A stretch of 15,834 nucleotides of DNA, taken from contig JAVHPP010000051.1 in NCBI GenBank assembly GCA_036170655.1, positions 1 to 15,834 on the forward strand. Direction: 5' to 3'. Positions 14,784 to 15,834 of the stretch are shown in pieces. The notes under the pieces are model-generated. The model worked only from the letters and a program-made list of their open reading frames with translations, did not search any database and had not been told where the DNA came from. The position numbers and the translations under genes were made by a program. The stretch comes from Candidatus Zixiibacteriota bacterium (GTDB lineage Bacteria; Zixibacteria; MSB-5A5; WJJR01). The stretch's first letter is position 1, and every line of letters starts with the position of its first letter.

Positions 14784-15834
14784 TCATTTCAGGAGAAGCA
14801 TCTTGCGCGACTGTGTATGGGAGTTCGTCTGCAAGGTGAAGAAATAGACACCGGAATTGACGGTGTTTCCACGCTGATCGCGACCGTCCCAATCGATGGT
14901 ATAACGCCCGGGATTGAGCTGACCGGAGTAGAGTTCGCGCACACTCTGGCCCAGGACATTGTGAATGTCGAGCCGTACGGCAGACACGGACGGTATGGAG
15001 AAGCTGATTGAGGTGGATGGATTGAACGGGTTCGGATAGTTGGGTTCCAGCGTCCAGTCTGATGGCGTCCCATTGCCGCCTGATTCGCTGATCCCCGTGG
15101 GGTTTTGGACAGCCGCACGGATCATGAAGTTGCCCAGCGGGAAGCGGTTCCAGCCAAACGCGTTGTCGTACCATGCCGAGCGGTTGTACTTTTGGGTCGT
15201 GTCGGTGGCCACTCCCGGGAGAGCGGGAGACGCCGGGAACCACCAGAGCACCACGTAGAAGTCACCCATCGTAATCAGGGGCTGTTGCCCCTCCGGGATG
15301 ATCACATCGGCCCAGCCCGTGTAGGGGTTGGCGGAGGCAACGAAGGGGCCGGCAATGACATCGCCCGGCGCACCTCCCGTGTTCTTCTGGACTGTCAACG
15401 CCACCGAGACAGTGTCGTTGAGTAGGACACGCAGCTGGGAAACAATCGCGGGGTAGTGCGACGGCGTGAAGTTGACGGCAAACGCGTTGCCATCGTAGAT
15501 ATCCGACTCAATCCAAAATTGTTCTGGCGCGCCATCATCGTACATCAGTTGATGACCCGGCTGGGCCATGAAGGTCAGCGGCGCCGACGTGCCACCGGCA
15601 GGAAGGAGTCCGATATTTTGCTGCGGCGATGCGTCTCTAGCATCGATATAGTAGCGAACATTTGTTCCCGCCGAGAACGAGGGAATCGCGCCCGTGAATA
15701 CCCCGGCGCCACCGGTCATCGCTGCGGATGAATACGATATGCCATTGGCTGAGTAGCGGACATTGGCGCTCGATATCCCGTTTTGATCGTTGATCTGAGC
15801 TGAGATCGGAACCGGACCGTCCTCCGAGAAGGCC
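14784..15834 (-). CDS. Large secreted protein, C-terminal part only, with Ig-like/beta domains and T9SS-type-A/FlgD-Ig-like tail
   Basis: Frame remains open upstream of ATG 15719 to the window edge (AFSEDGPVPISAQINDQNGISSANVRYS...). Contains a GTNVRYYIDARD Ig-like module, an LMYDDG beta domain and the tail NYPNPFNP...WDGRDQRG..VNSGVYFF...RKMLLLK. Any catalytic domain lies outside the window. Confidence 0.85.
   Translation of the reverse strand, partial: AFSEDGPVPISAQINDQNGISSANVRYSANGISYSSAAMTGGAGVFTGAIPSFSAGTNVRYYIDARDASPQQNIGLLPAGGTSAPLTFMAQPGHQLMYDDGAPEQFWIESDIYDGNAFAVNFTPSHYPAIVSQLRVLLNDTVSVALTVQKNTGGAPGDVIAGPFVASANPYTGWADVIIPEGQQPLITMGDFYVVLWWFPASPALPGVATDTTQKYNRSAWYDNAFGWNRFPLGNFMIRAAVQNPTGISESGGNGTPSDWTLEPNYPNPFNPSTSISFSIPSVSAVRLDIHNVLGQSVRELYSGQLNPGRYTIDWDGRDQRGNTVNSGVYFFTLQTNSHTQSRKMLLLK

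Noticed and set aside
14439..15011. 190-aa plus-strand ORF across the S8 upstream region
   Set aside because: Overlaps the antisense of a real gene's C-terminal domain and the regulatory region, with no protein-like features.

Overview
GC-rich bacterial chromosomal window. Almost all genes are on the minus strand. The left half (1-7210) is a housekeeping cluster, rplM-rpsI-rpsB-tsf-pyrH-frr-uppS-cdsA. It is followed not by the usual dxr/rseP but by a UbiA-superfamily prenyltransferase and a truncated lipoprotein gene. It carries an rpsB (t44-like) leader RNA and candidate sigma70 promoters before rplM, pyrH and frr. The middle (7258-8671) holds an alpha/beta hydrolase, a divergent small ABM-like protein and an inverted REP-like doublet with compensatory stem changes. 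The right half (8673-15834) is a tandem array of three large secreted proteins: an M6 metalloprotease, an S8 subtilase and a 5'-truncated protein. All three end in the same NYPNPFN...WDG.D..G...SGVYFY...KMxLLK tail (T9SS-type-A/FlgD-Ig-like), and a perfect sigma54 -24/-12 motif precedes the S8-M6 pair. Gene order and these tails suggest (inference only) a non-Bacteroidota FCB-group organism such as a Zixibacteria-like lineage. Best leads are the sigma54-driven S8+M6 secreted protease module, the REP doublet, the UbiA enzyme in the uppS-cdsA lipid operon, and recurring bridging mini-ORFs. No mobile element, CRISPR array or defence system was seen.
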